Shown piece after piece: positions 1-8,265 of a stretch of 29,791 nt of DNA. The stretch's first letter is position 1, and every line of letters starts with the position of its first letter. The stretch spans positions 1 through 29,791 of the forward strand of contig CAZRUB010000002.1 in NCBI GenBank assembly GCA_964603185.1, read 5' to 3'. The notes below the pieces were generated by a model, which saw only the letters and a list, made by a program, of their open reading frames with translations, searched no databases and had not been told where the DNA came from. This stretch comes from an uncultured Ruminococcus sp. GTDB taxonomy: Bacteria > Bacillota > Clostridia > CAKSNL01 > HGM11501. A program made the translations under genes and the position numbers.

Positions 1-148
1 AAAGACTTTAATTTTTGTAGCATAGGCATATCAAGTTCGACTTCCCTTCGGTTAGCCGAAAGATAACAATCCGAACCCGCCTGAAAAAGCGTAATTTCGG
101 CATCTTTCGGCTAAAATATCGACGGTAGGATTGAAATATAAATTGAAA

Positions 149-180
149 CAAAAAACACCGTATATCTACGGTGTTTTTTG
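149..180. terminator. Bidirectional intrinsic terminator downstream of recG
   Basis: Perfect 14-bp inverted repeat CAAAAAACACCGTA-tatc-TACGGTGTTTTTTG with A/T tracts on both sides, about 90 bp past the recG stop. Confidence 0.85.
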
Positions 181-269
181 TCAGCTGCGATTTTCAAGAG
201 TAATCGTAAAAGCGGTTGCTCTTTTTTTACGCAGGATTTTAAGAAACGAGGCATAAAATAATACCTATG

Positions 270-2318
270 CTAATTAAACATCCCCTCGGCGCCTTTCCCG
301 GTGAACATTTCGGCAACGCTTTTTTTGATTAACGCGTTTTCCGGAAGCGAAAGCGTGGGGTCTGCCGAAAGCACCCTTCCCGCGGCGGCAACCGCTTCAT
401 CCAAAAGCGATCTGTCGCGCGCCACATCGCCTATCTTCATTTCGGGAAGCCCATGCTGGCGCGTTCCGAAAACCTCACCGGGGCCGCGGAGCTCCAAATC
501 CTTCGACGCTATAAGAAAGCCGTCGTTGGTTTTAGTCATAAGACTTAATCTTTCGCGGGTTTTTTCGGCACTGCTGTCCGATATCAGTATGCAAAAGCTT
601 TGCTTGCTTCCGCGCCCTACGCGTCCCCTGAGCTGATGAAGCTGAGCAAGACCGAAGCGCTCGGCGTTTTCCACTACCATAAGCGTTGCGTTGGGCACGT
701 TGACTCCGACCTCGATAACGGTTGTGGAAACCAGAATTTTTATTTCGCCCGCCGCAAAACGGCTCATAATCGCATCCTTTTCATCGCTTTTCATTTTACC
801 GTGCACAAGTCCCATGGGAATGTGCGGAAAAACCTCGGCTTTAAGCCTCTCGGCATACTCAGTCACGGCCTTAAGCTCCGACGCATCCCCTTCGGAAACC
901 ATGGGGCACACAATGTAAGCCTGGCTTCCCTCCGCAACGTTTTTGTCAATGAAGGCATATATTCTTTGCCGCATATCCTCACCGACGGCATAGGTTTTTA
1001 TTTTTTGTCTTCCGGGAGGAAGCTCGTCAATTGCGGAAATATCCAGGTCGCTGTATAAAATAAGCGCCAGCGTCCTCGGAATGGGTGTTGCGGTCATAAC
1101 CAAAATATGCGGTGCCGATAAAGCCTTCTCCGCCAGCGATGCACGTTGCTTAACGCCGAATCGGTGTTGCTCGTCCGTTACAACAAGGGTCAGGTCGCGG
1201 AATTTGACATCCTCGGAAAAAAGCGCATGCGTTCCGATCAAAATATCTGTTTCGCCGCTTTCAAGCCTTGATAATATTTCTCGGCGCTCCTTCGCCTTTG
1301 TTGCGCCGGTTAAAAGCGAAATTTTCATATCGGGAAGCATTGCCGAAAGCGAATCGAAATGCTGGCGTGCCAAAAGCTCCGTCGGCGCCATAAGCGCACC
1401 CTGATGGGAATTTTTAACCGTGAGGTAAAGCGCCGCGGCGGCAACCGCGGTTTTTCCGCTTCCCACATCGCCCTGAACAAGGCGGTTCATCGGCACACTT
1501 TTGCCCAAATCGTGCGCTATTTCATCGCACACCCTTCTTTGAGCCGACGTAAAGCTAAAGGGAAGCTCCTTCTCAAAGTCCGAACAGCTCAAAAAGCCGT
1601 AGGGGGTGCCGCAAAGCGTCCGCCTTCTTCCCGAAAGAAGGCGCATTCCCAGATTAAGAAAGAAAAATTCCTCAAACACCATGCGTCTTTGCGCCGTGTT
1701 ATATTCTTGTGCGGTTTTCGGAAAGTGAAGCCCTTTTATCGCCTGCTTGATACCGCACAAGCCGTATTCCGTCATTATATGCTGCGGCAAGGTTTCGTTA
1801 AGCAATGAAAGCGCGCCCTCCACACATTGCTTGGCAATCGCCTGCATGGTTTTCTGCGAAAGCCCCGCGGTGGAGCCGTAAACCGGCACGATTCTTCCCG
1901 TGGAAAGCATTTTATCCTTCGCTTCGTAAATCGGATTAACTATCTCAGCTCTGCCGTATACCGCTTTTATCGTTCCGTAAAAGGAATATTCCTCTCCCTT
2001 TTTTAGGTTTTTGACAACGTACTTGTTGTTATACCACACGGCGTTTAAAAACCCTGTTCCATCACTTAAAAGAACGGAATATATCGTAAAATTTTTTCTT
2101 ATGCGGCGAACCTCCGCCTCCGAAAGAACCTTGGCGCGGATAAGCGCAGCGCCCTCGCCCGTAATATCGCATATTTTTTTCTCCTCCGAACGATCCTCCG
2201 TTCTGAAGGGAAAATGATAAAGCATGTCACGAACCGTTAAAATGCCGAGCCTCGAAAGCTTTTCGGCCGTGCTTTTTCCCACCTTGTTGAGCGATGCTAT
2301 ACTGTCGTCAAGCTTCAT
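270..2318 (-). CDS. recG: ATP-dependent DNA helicase RecG
   Basis: QGDVGSGKT (Walker A), DEQHRFG, MTATPIPRT, QLHQLRGRVGRG, DLELRGPGE and an N-terminal wedge domain. Start moved from the ORF-track 2381 to ATG 2318 (MKLDDSI), which follows an AAGGAGG RBS. Confidence 0.97.
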   Translation of the reverse strand: MKLDDSIASLNKVGKSTAEKLSRLGILTVRDMLYHFPFRTEDRSEEKKICDITGEGAALIRAKVLSEAEVRRIRKNFTIYSVLLSDGTGFLNAVWYNNKYVVKNLKKGEEYSFYGTIKAVYGRAEIVNPIYEAKDKMLSTGRIVPVYGSTAGLSQKTMQAIAKQCVEGALSLLNETLPQHIMTEYGLCGIKQAIKGLHFPKTAQEYNTAQRRMVFEEFFFLNLGMRLLSGRRRTLCGTPYGFLSCSDFEKELPFSFTSAQRRVCDEIAHDLGKSVPMNRLVQGDVGSGKTAVAAAALYLTVKNSHQGALMAPTELLARQHFDSLSAMLPDMKISLLTGATKAKERREILSRLESGETDILIGTHALFSEDVKFRDLTLVVTDEQHRFGVKQRASLAEKALSAPHILVMTATPIPRTLALILYSDLDISAIDELPPGRQKIKTYAVGEDMRQRIYAFIDKNVAEGSQAYIVCPMVSEGDASELKAVTEYAERLKAEVFPHIPMGLVHGKMKSDEKDAIMSRFAAGEIKILVSTTVIEVGVNVPNATLMVVENAERFGLAQLHQLRGRVGRGSKQSFCILISDSSAEKTRERLSLMTKTNDGFLIASKDLELRGPGEVFGTRQHGLPEMKIGDVARDRSLLDEAVAAAGRVLSADPTLSLPENALIKKSVAEMFTGKGAEGMFN

Positions 2319-2342
2319 GGTCACCGTCCCCTCCTTCAAAAT

Positions 2343-2375
2343 AAGGGCGAGGGCGGCCTTGGCCGCCCTGCCCTT
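2343..2375. terminator. GC-rich hairpin between fakA and recG (putative partial terminator or processing stem)
   Basis: AAGGGC..AGGGCGGCC-tt-GGCCGCCCT.GCCCTT; followed by TTATTTTG on the coding (minus) strand and by TTTTT on the plus strand. Confidence 0.6.
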
Positions 2376-2383
2376 TTTCAATT

Positions 2384-4018
2384 TTATTCCGCGGATAAAA
2401 TAAAGCTGTATACCGGCTGATCGCCACGATAAACCGAAACGTCCGCATCCGGAAAGGCTTCCTCGGCATATGCCGAAACCGCCGCACCGTCCTCCTCGGT
2501 CACGCCCTCGCCGAGAATTATCGTAATAAGCTCAGATTCGTCATCGGCGATTTCCCCTATGATTTCCTTTGCCGCGCCGACCGCATCGGAGGAAACCGTA
2601 ACGATTTTTCCCTCCGAAAGACCCAAAATATCGCCGGCGGCAATGCTTTTATCTTCAATCACCGTATCGCGCACCGCGTGGGTGATAAGCCCTGTTTTCA
2701 CCTTTTCCGAGGCGGCTCTCATAGCCTCCTCGTTTTCCTCCTTTTCGGCATCCGGCATAAACGCAACAAGTGCCGAAATCCCTTGAGGTATGCTCTTCGT
2801 GGGGATTACCGTAATGCTTTTGTCGGAAATTTTCGCCGCCTGCTCTGCCGACATGACAATGTTTTTATTGTTCGGAAGTATAAAAATGTTATCGGCATTC
2901 TGCATCGAAGCAACGGATAAAATATCCTCGGTCGACGGGTTCATCGTTTGACCGCCGGAAATTACTGCGGCGCCCAAATCCTTGAAGAGTGCCTCCACCC
3001 CGGCGCCCGCACCGACTGCGATAACCGCGTTTTTAACCTTGGGAAGCGAAGGTGCAATTGCGCTTTCCTCTTTTTTTTCGGGCTCATTTTCTTTATTGAC
3101 GATGTTGCTGTGCTGAAGCTTCATGTTTTCGATTTTAACCGTCGAAAGCTCGCCAAGGCGAACCGCATGCTCCAACACAAAGCCGGGATTGTTTGTGTGA
3201 ATGTGTACCTTTATAATATCCTCATCGTCGATAACAACCATACAGTCGCCTATTTTGGAAATGGCACTTTTCATTTTATCGGCCTTGATTGCCTTTGTGG
3301 ATTTTTCGATTATAAATTCGGTGCAATAAGTAAACCTAATGTCCTCCGCGGCGATTTTCGCCTGTGCGCTTTGCGCTTTTTCGGGCTCCTCCTCGCCGGG
3401 GGACGCAACCTCACCCGTTTGCAAATAGGAAAGCATGCCGGAAAAAATGCACATAAGTCCTTTCCCGCCGGCATCCACAACATTTGCCTGGCGAAGCGCG
3501 GGGAGCATGTCGGTGGTTTTTTCAAGACTTTCGTTGCCTTTTTCGACAACCTCACTCAAAAAGGAAACAAAATCCTCACCCTCGGCCCCGTCGGCGGCGT
3601 TGGCCATTGCACGTATTACCGTTAAAATCGTACCCTCCGTGGGCTTCATAACCGCACGATACGCGCTTCTTTCGCCTTCCCTCAAGCACAGTGCGAAATC
3701 CTTCGCGTTAAAGCTTTTCTTTCCCTTTAAGCCTGCGGATATTCCGCGGAATATCTGCGACAGAATAACACCCGAATTTCCGCGCGCGCCGCGAAGCGTA
3801 TACGAAGAGGCCGCGCGTGCAACCTCATCCGCGCTCTCGGCATCGTACGGAATATTGCTTGCCGCATTTTTAAAAGTAAGCGACATATTCGTTCCGGTAT
3901 CTCCGTCCGGTACCGGGAAAACATTCAATGCGTCAACCGCCGCTTTGTTGGCGGTAAGATTGTTCGAGCCCGACTTTATCATCAGAGCAAAAGTCACGGC
4001 AGAAATTTCTTTTATCAC
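2384..4018 (-). CDS. fakA: DAK2-domain fatty acid kinase catalytic subunit (FakA/YloV family)
   Basis: LNVFPVPDGDTGTNM, GARGNSGVILSQ, KPTEGTILTV, VVDAGG, YCTEF, VHIHTN, GGQTMNPS, ILPNNKNI, GDQPVY. Likely start is GTG 4018 (VIKEIS) after AAGGAGG. Confidence 0.95.
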   Translation of the reverse strand: MIKEISAVTFALMIKSGSNNLTANKAAVDALNVFPVPDGDTGTNMSLTFKNAASNIPYDAESADEVARAASSYTLRGARGNSGVILSQIFRGISAGLKGKKSFNAKDFALCLREGERSAYRAVMKPTEGTILTVIRAMANAADGAEGEDFVSFLSEVVEKGNESLEKTTDMLPALRQANVVDAGGKGLMCIFSGMLSYLQTGEVASPGEEEPEKAQSAQAKIAAEDIRFTYCTEFIIEKSTKAIKADKMKSAISKIGDCMVVIDDEDIIKVHIHTNNPGFVLEHAVRLGELSTVKIENMKLQHSNIVNKENEPEKKEESAIAPSLPKVKNAVIAVGAGAGVEALFKDLGAAVISGGQTMNPSTEDILSVASMQNADNIFILPNNKNIVMSAEQAAKISDKSITVIPTKSIPQGISALVAFMPDAEKEENEEAMRAASEKVKTGLITHAVRDTVIEDKSIAAGDILGLSEGKIVTVSSDAVGAAKEIIGEIADDESELITIILGEGVTEEDGAAVSAYAEEAFPDADVSVYRGDQPVYSFILSAE

Positions 4019-4041
4019 TTCAAAATCCTCCTTAAATGCCG

Positions 4042-4401
4042 TTATCCGTTCGCCCTTATCGACTCCACGCACACGCGCACGTTATCAACCTCAAACCCCG
4101 TCATGGCATTTACCTGATAGCGTACGTTGTGTATTATGCTTTCGCATATTGCCGATATATTAAGCCCGTACTGCGTTATTATATGAAGTGAAATGTGAAG
4201 CCTTGATGCCTCGTCAATCGAAACCTTAACCCCCTTGGAGGAGGTTTCGCCCTTTAGAACGCTTGCAACCGAATCCGCGGTGGAGCGGTATGCCATACCG
4301 ACAACGCCGTAGCTTGCCGAAGCAACGGTTGCGGCAATCTTCGCGATAACCGCTTCATCTATTATAATGTCACCCAATACATTTTCAATTTTTCCAAACA
4401 C
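4042..4401 (-). CDS. Asp23/Gls24 family envelope stress protein (YloU-like)
   Basis: IAATVASASYGVVGM, GVKV, YGLNISAICESI..NVRYQV..MTG..V..V.V.V; usual position upstream of fakA; GTG start after GGAGGTG. Confidence 0.92.
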   Translation of the reverse strand: MFGKIENVLGDIIIDEAVIAKIAATVASASYGVVGMAYRSTADSVASVLKGETSSKGVKVSIDEASRLHISLHIITQYGLNISAICESIIHNVRYQVNAMTGFEVDNVRVCVESIRANG

Positions 4402-4446
4402 ATGGACACCTCCGATTTTTTTATAATTATTTACTCGGTATTTTAT

Positions 4447-4475
4447 ATTATACTACAAGTTCTTGATTTTGTAAA
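4447..4475 (-). promoter_or_regulatory. sigmaA promoter for asp23-fakA-recG
   Basis: Minus strand TTTACA-17 bp-TATAAT. Confidence 0.7.
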
Positions 4476-4491
4476 GTACAAGAATTGCGAA

Positions 4492-4520
4492 TTGACAATA
4501 CGAAAACATAATGCTATAAT
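4492..4520 (+). promoter_or_regulatory. Consensus sigmaA promoter with extended -10 for the FAD oxidoreductase gene
   Basis: TTGACA(4492-4497)-17 bp-TATAAT(4515-4520), with TG at 4512-4513. Confidence 0.88.
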
Positions 4521-4550
4521 CATAGAAGAATTAAGCGAAGAGGTGATTTT

Positions 4551-5855
4551 TTGGAGAATTTAACATATTCTAAAGAGCTGGCCGTTCGCTACAGCCCGGA
4601 GGTTTTGGTCATGGGCGCCGGACCGGCGGGAATTTCCGCGGCGGTAATGTGCGCGAGGGAGCTGGGTCGCGACAAGGTTATTCTGGCGGAGCAGTCGGGA
4701 AGCCCGGGAGGAGCCGGTGTGATTGCCATGGTCGGTGAAATCATGAATTTCGACGACGGTGAAAATTTTCTTGCCGGTGGCTTCGGAAGGGATATTCACG
4801 AAAGGCTTTTCGGCGAATGCACCTATACCCGCGAGTGGAAAAACATTAAGCCGGAGCCTCTTAAAAGAGCGTATGACGAGCTTCTTGCCGCAGCCGGCGT
4901 TAAGGTGCTTTACTACACACGCGTGACGGATGCGGTTTTATCGGAAAAGGGGCATATTTCCCACGCAGTAATGTCCGATCCCTCGGGAAGCTATGCCGTT
5001 GCCGCAAAATATTATATCGATACTACGGGGAGCGGCTTTTTCTCACATCTTGCCGGCGCTGAATGTGAATACGGCGATGCAAACGGAAGCGCAATGTCGG
5101 CAACCCTTTGCAGTCTTTGGGGCGGGGTGGATTTTTCGCGCCTCGGCGAGCAGTGGAAGGGCTTAGGACAAGCGTTTTCCGACGGTGTTTTAACGCAATA
5201 TGATATGCTTCTTCCGGGAATCAAGGCAAATTTCCCGGAGGTCGGAGTCGGCTTCGGGAATGTGGGACACACCTTCGGCACGGACGACCGAAGCGCCGAA
5301 TCGCTTTCCGATGCAATGGTTTTTGCAAGGCGCTCGCTTGCGGAATACGAAGAATATTACAGGCGCTACATCCCCGGCTGCGAGGAGGCGGTGCTTTTGC
5401 GAACGGCGGATTACCTGGGCGTGCGTGAGTCGCGCAGAATATGCTGCCGCTTCACCCTGACCGGAGAGTATTTTGACAAAGCGGAGCCCTTTGACGATGA
5501 AATCGGGCGCTATTCCTATCCGATAGATATCCATCCCATAACGGCGGACGAAAAGGGCATGAGGGATTTTGACAAGAGCGTACAAAGGCGCCACGGCAAG
5601 GGAGGCTCCTATTCCATACCGTACCGCTCGCTTTTGCCTGAGGGCTTTTCAAATCTTTTGGTTGCCGGAAGGGCAATGGGCGCGGATCACGATATGATAG
5701 CCTCAATAAGGGTTGTTCCCGGGTGCTATATAACCGGTCAGGCCGCAGGAATTGCCGCCGCCTTGGCCGCGAAAACGGACTCCGCGGTAAATGACGCGGA
5801 TGTCAAGAAATTGCAGGCTGCGTTAAGGCGACACGGAGCGTTCTTAAAAATCTGA
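4551..5855 (+). CDS. FAD-dependent oxidoreductase (FAD_oxidored-like family), substrate unknown
   Basis: N-terminal Rossmann motif VLVMGAGPAGISAA, EQSGSPGG, IDTTGSG, GVRESRRI, YSIPYRSLLP, NLLVAGR, GQAAGIAAA; TTG start after GAGGTG. Confidence 0.88.
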   Translation: MENLTYSKELAVRYSPEVLVMGAGPAGISAAVMCARELGRDKVILAEQSGSPGGAGVIAMVGEIMNFDDGENFLAGGFGRDIHERLFGECTYTREWKNIKPEPLKRAYDELLAAAGVKVLYYTRVTDAVLSEKGHISHAVMSDPSGSYAVAAKYYIDTTGSGFFSHLAGAECEYGDANGSAMSATLCSLWGGVDFSRLGEQWKGLGQAFSDGVLTQYDMLLPGIKANFPEVGVGFGNVGHTFGTDDRSAESLSDAMVFARRSLAEYEEYYRRYIPGCEEAVLLRTADYLGVRESRRICCRFTLTGEYFDKAEPFDDEIGRYSYPIDIHPITADEKGMRDFDKSVQRRHGKGGSYSIPYRSLLPEGFSNLLVAGRAMGADHDMIASIRVVPGCYITGQAAGIAAALAAKTDSAVNDADVKKLQAALRRHGAFLKI

Positions 5856-5865
5856 ATAACCGACG

Positions 5866-5900
5866 AAAAAAGGGTCACATCACCGATGTGGGCCTTTTTT
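5866..5900 (+). terminator. Intrinsic terminator after the FAD oxidoreductase gene
   Basis: AAAAAAGGGTCACATC-acc-GATGTGGGCCTTTTTT, a near-perfect stem ending in a U-tract. Confidence 0.8.
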
Positions 5901-5969
5901 GCCGAGGCATGAATGGCGGGTCGAAGCTGCCGAAAGCTGTCAGGAGGCATAATTTATATACCGTAAAGT

Positions 5970-6054
5970 TGCATAAATTATGCACTTTTGCAATATTTAT
6001 GCATAAAAATGCATAAATGGAGATAAAATACTTGACAATTGCAGAAATTATGCA
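5970..6054. promoter_or_regulatory. Cluster of ARG-box-like operators (ArgR/AhrC) at the arg promoter
   Basis: TGCATAAAAATGCA at 6000-6013 fits the TGMAT-N4-ATKCA core; related TGCA-N7-TGCA palindromes at 5970-5984, 5989-6003 and 6040-6054. Confidence 0.75.
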
Positions 6055-6060
6055 TATAAT
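6032..6060 (+). promoter_or_regulatory. Consensus sigmaA promoter of argCJBD
   Basis: TTGACA(6032-6037)-17 bp-TATAAT(6055-6060). Confidence 0.9.
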
Positions 6061-6097
6061 TACAATAATAACGAAAATGCGGAAGGGACGATGCCCA

Positions 6098-7024
6098 ATG
6101 ACGAACATTTTTATAGACGGCAGGGCCGGAACAACGGGGCTCAGAATTTACGACAGATTAAAGGAAAGATCGGACATTCGCCTTATCACGCTTTCGGAGG
6201 AGGAGCGCAAGGATTTGAGGGCGCGTAAGGAAGCGATAAATTCGTCCGATGTTACCTTTTTATGCCTCCCTGATGACGCGGCAAGAGAGGCGGTGGCGCT
6301 TTCGGAAAACCCCGAAACCGTTATAATAGATACCTCCACCGCGCACAGAACGGCTGCGGGCTGGGTTTACGGCTTTCCGGAGCTTTCAAAGAAGCATTTC
6401 GAGGGGGTGAAAGCCTCCAAGCGCATTGCCGTTCCCGGATGTCATGCGGGCGGCTTTGTTGCGTTGGTTTATCCGCTTATCGAAGCCGGAATAATAGCGA
6501 GGGATGAGCTTTTGACCTGCTTTTCGCTTACGGGATATTCGGGCGGCGGAAAGAAAATGATTGCCGAATATGAGGCCGAGGGAAGGGACAAAAGGCTTGC
6601 GGCGCCCCGGCAGTATGCCTTGGGACAAGAGCACAAGCACCTTAAAGAAATGCAGGGTATTACGGGGCTTTTGAATGCGCCCGTCTTTTCGCCGGTGGTT
6701 GCACCGTTTTACAGCGGCATGCAGGTGACTGTTCCCGTTTTCGCCGACGGCAAAAAGAAAACGGCACAATATATAAAGGAAGCTTATAAAAACAAATACA
6801 ACGGGCCCGTAGTGTTTTTTGACGAGGCGATGGGCGCCGACGGTTTTATATCCGCGGCGGAGCATACGGGGCTTGACTGTATGAAAATCGGCGTTTTGGG
6901 AAACGAGGAGCGCATTTTGCTTGTTGCGCTCTACGATAATTTGGGAAAAGGCGCGTCGGGAGCGGCAATAGAATGCTTAAACACAGTAACCGGAGCGGCT
7001 CTTACCTACGGGCTTGAAATATAG
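6098..7024 (+). CDS. argC: N-acetyl-gamma-glutamyl-phosphate reductase, short 'type 2' form
   Basis: IFIDGRAGTTGL, FLCLPD, IIDTSTAHRT, YGFPEL, VPGCHAGG, SGYSGGG-like TGYSGGGK, DNLGKGASGAA. Start moved to ATG 6098 because the ORF-track start lies upstream of the promoter. Confidence 0.95.
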   Translation: MTNIFIDGRAGTTGLRIYDRLKERSDIRLITLSEEERKDLRARKEAINSSDVTFLCLPDDAAREAVALSENPETVIIDTSTAHRTAAGWVYGFPELSKKHFEGVKASKRIAVPGCHAGGFVALVYPLIEAGIIARDELLTCFSLTGYSGGGKKMIAEYEAEGRDKRLAAPRQYALGQEHKHLKEMQGITGLLNAPVFSPVVAPFYSGMQVTVPVFADGKKKTAQYIKEAYKNKYNGPVVFFDEAMGADGFISAAEHTGLDCMKIGVLGNEERILLVALYDNLGKGASGAAIECLNTVTGAALTYGLEI

Positions 7025-7037
7025 GAGGATCGGAAGA

Positions 7038-8249
7038 ATGAAAATAATCGAAGGCGGAGTGTGCGCCGCAAAGGGCTTTACGGCGGCGGGCGTTCACTGC
7101 GGAATAAGAAAAAACAAAGACAAGCGCGACCTTGCGCTGATTTTCAGCGAAAAAAGGGCGTCCGCGGCGGCGGTTTACACAAAGAACCTTGTTAAGGGTG
7201 CGCCGCTTCGTTTAACCAGGGAGCATATTGCGGACGGTTATGCTCAGGCGATTATCTGCAACAGCGGAAATGCGAACACCTGCAATTCCAACGGGAGGGA
7301 AATCGCGGCGGAAACCTGCCGTCTTTTGGGCGAGGCGCTTAACATCAACGAAAAGGATGTTGTTGTCGCTTCAACGGGCGTTATCGGGCAGCGGATGTCA
7401 ATCGACCCGATAAAAGAAGGCATTCCCCGCCTTATCGACGAATTGGGCGATAATTCCGAAAAGGCGGCGGAGGGAATCATGACAACGGACACGCGCCTTA
7501 AGGAAATTGCCGTAAGCTTTGAGGCGGACGGTGTGACCTGCCGCATAGGCGGAATCGCAAAGGGCTCCGGAATGATACATCCGGATATGGCAACCATGCT
7601 TGTGTTCATCACAACGGATTGCGCGATCAGCCCCGAGATGCTTAAAAAAGCCCTTTCAAGCGATGTTACGGAAACCTTCAACATGGTAAGCGTTGACGGC
7701 GACACCTCCACGAACGATATGGTAACGGTGCTTGCAAACGGAATGGCCGAAAACAAGGAAATAACCGCCGAGGGTGAGGCGTTTGATGCCTTTATGAAGG
7801 CCTTGAATACCGTAACCGTAAACCTCTGCCGCAGAATTGCGGCCGACGGAGAGGGCGCAACCAAGCTTATCGAATGCCGCGTTTTCGGAGCGGCGGACAA
7901 GCAGACCGCGAAGACTGTTGCGAAAAGCGTTATATGCTCCTCGCTCACCAAGGCGGCGCTTTTCGGCGCGGACGCAAACTGGGGGAGAGTGCTTTGCGCG
8001 ATAGGCTACAGCAAGGCGGAGGTTGATGTTGACAAAATCGACGTAAGCTTCAAATCCGCGGCCGGTGAAATTATGGTTTGCGAAAACGGAGCGGGCGTGG
8101 ATTTTTCCGAGGATGAGGCGAAGAAAATTCTGCTTTGCGACGAAGTGGAGATTGTTATAAGCTTAAAATCCGGAGCGGAAGAAGCCACCGCGTGGGGCTG
8201 CGACCTTACATATGACTACGTTAAAATAAACGGAGATTACAGAACCTGA
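7038..8249 (+). CDS. argJ: Ornithine acetyltransferase / N-acetylglutamate synthase ArgJ
   Basis: NSGNAN, STGVIG, IMTTDT, AKGSGMIHPDMATML, VDGDTSTND, DGEGATK, DANWGR, WGCDLTYDYVKINGDYRT; ATG 7038 after GGAGGA. Confidence 0.97.
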   Translation: MKIIEGGVCAAKGFTAAGVHCGIRKNKDKRDLALIFSEKRASAAAVYTKNLVKGAPLRLTREHIADGYAQAIICNSGNANTCNSNGREIAAETCRLLGEALNINEKDVVVASTGVIGQRMSIDPIKEGIPRLIDELGDNSEKAAEGIMTTDTRLKEIAVSFEADGVTCRIGGIAKGSGMIHPDMATMLVFITTDCAISPEMLKKALSSDVTETFNMVSVDGDTSTNDMVTVLANGMAENKEITAEGEAFDAFMKALNTVTVNLCRRIAADGEGATKLIECRVFGAADKQTAKTVAKSVICSSLTKAALFGADANWGRVLCAIGYSKAEVDVDKIDVSFKSAAGEIMVCENGAGVDFSEDEAKKILLCDEVEIVISLKSGAEEATAWGCDLTYDYVKINGDYRT

Positions 8250-8265
8250 CGGGAGAGAAAAAATA

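Noticed and set aside
2948-4163. Long plus-strand ORFs 2948-3625 (225 aa) and 3435-4163 (242 aa)
   Set aside because: Antisense shadows of fakA with no RBS and no recognisable motifs.
5901-5950. GC-rich 50 nt with AGGAGG between the terminator and the arg operators
   Set aside because: No start codon follows the SD-like sequence, and only a 4-bp stem forms.
6017-6097. N-terminal extension of ArgC in the ORF track
   Set aside because: It starts upstream of and runs through the consensus promoter, so it cannot be on the mRNA.
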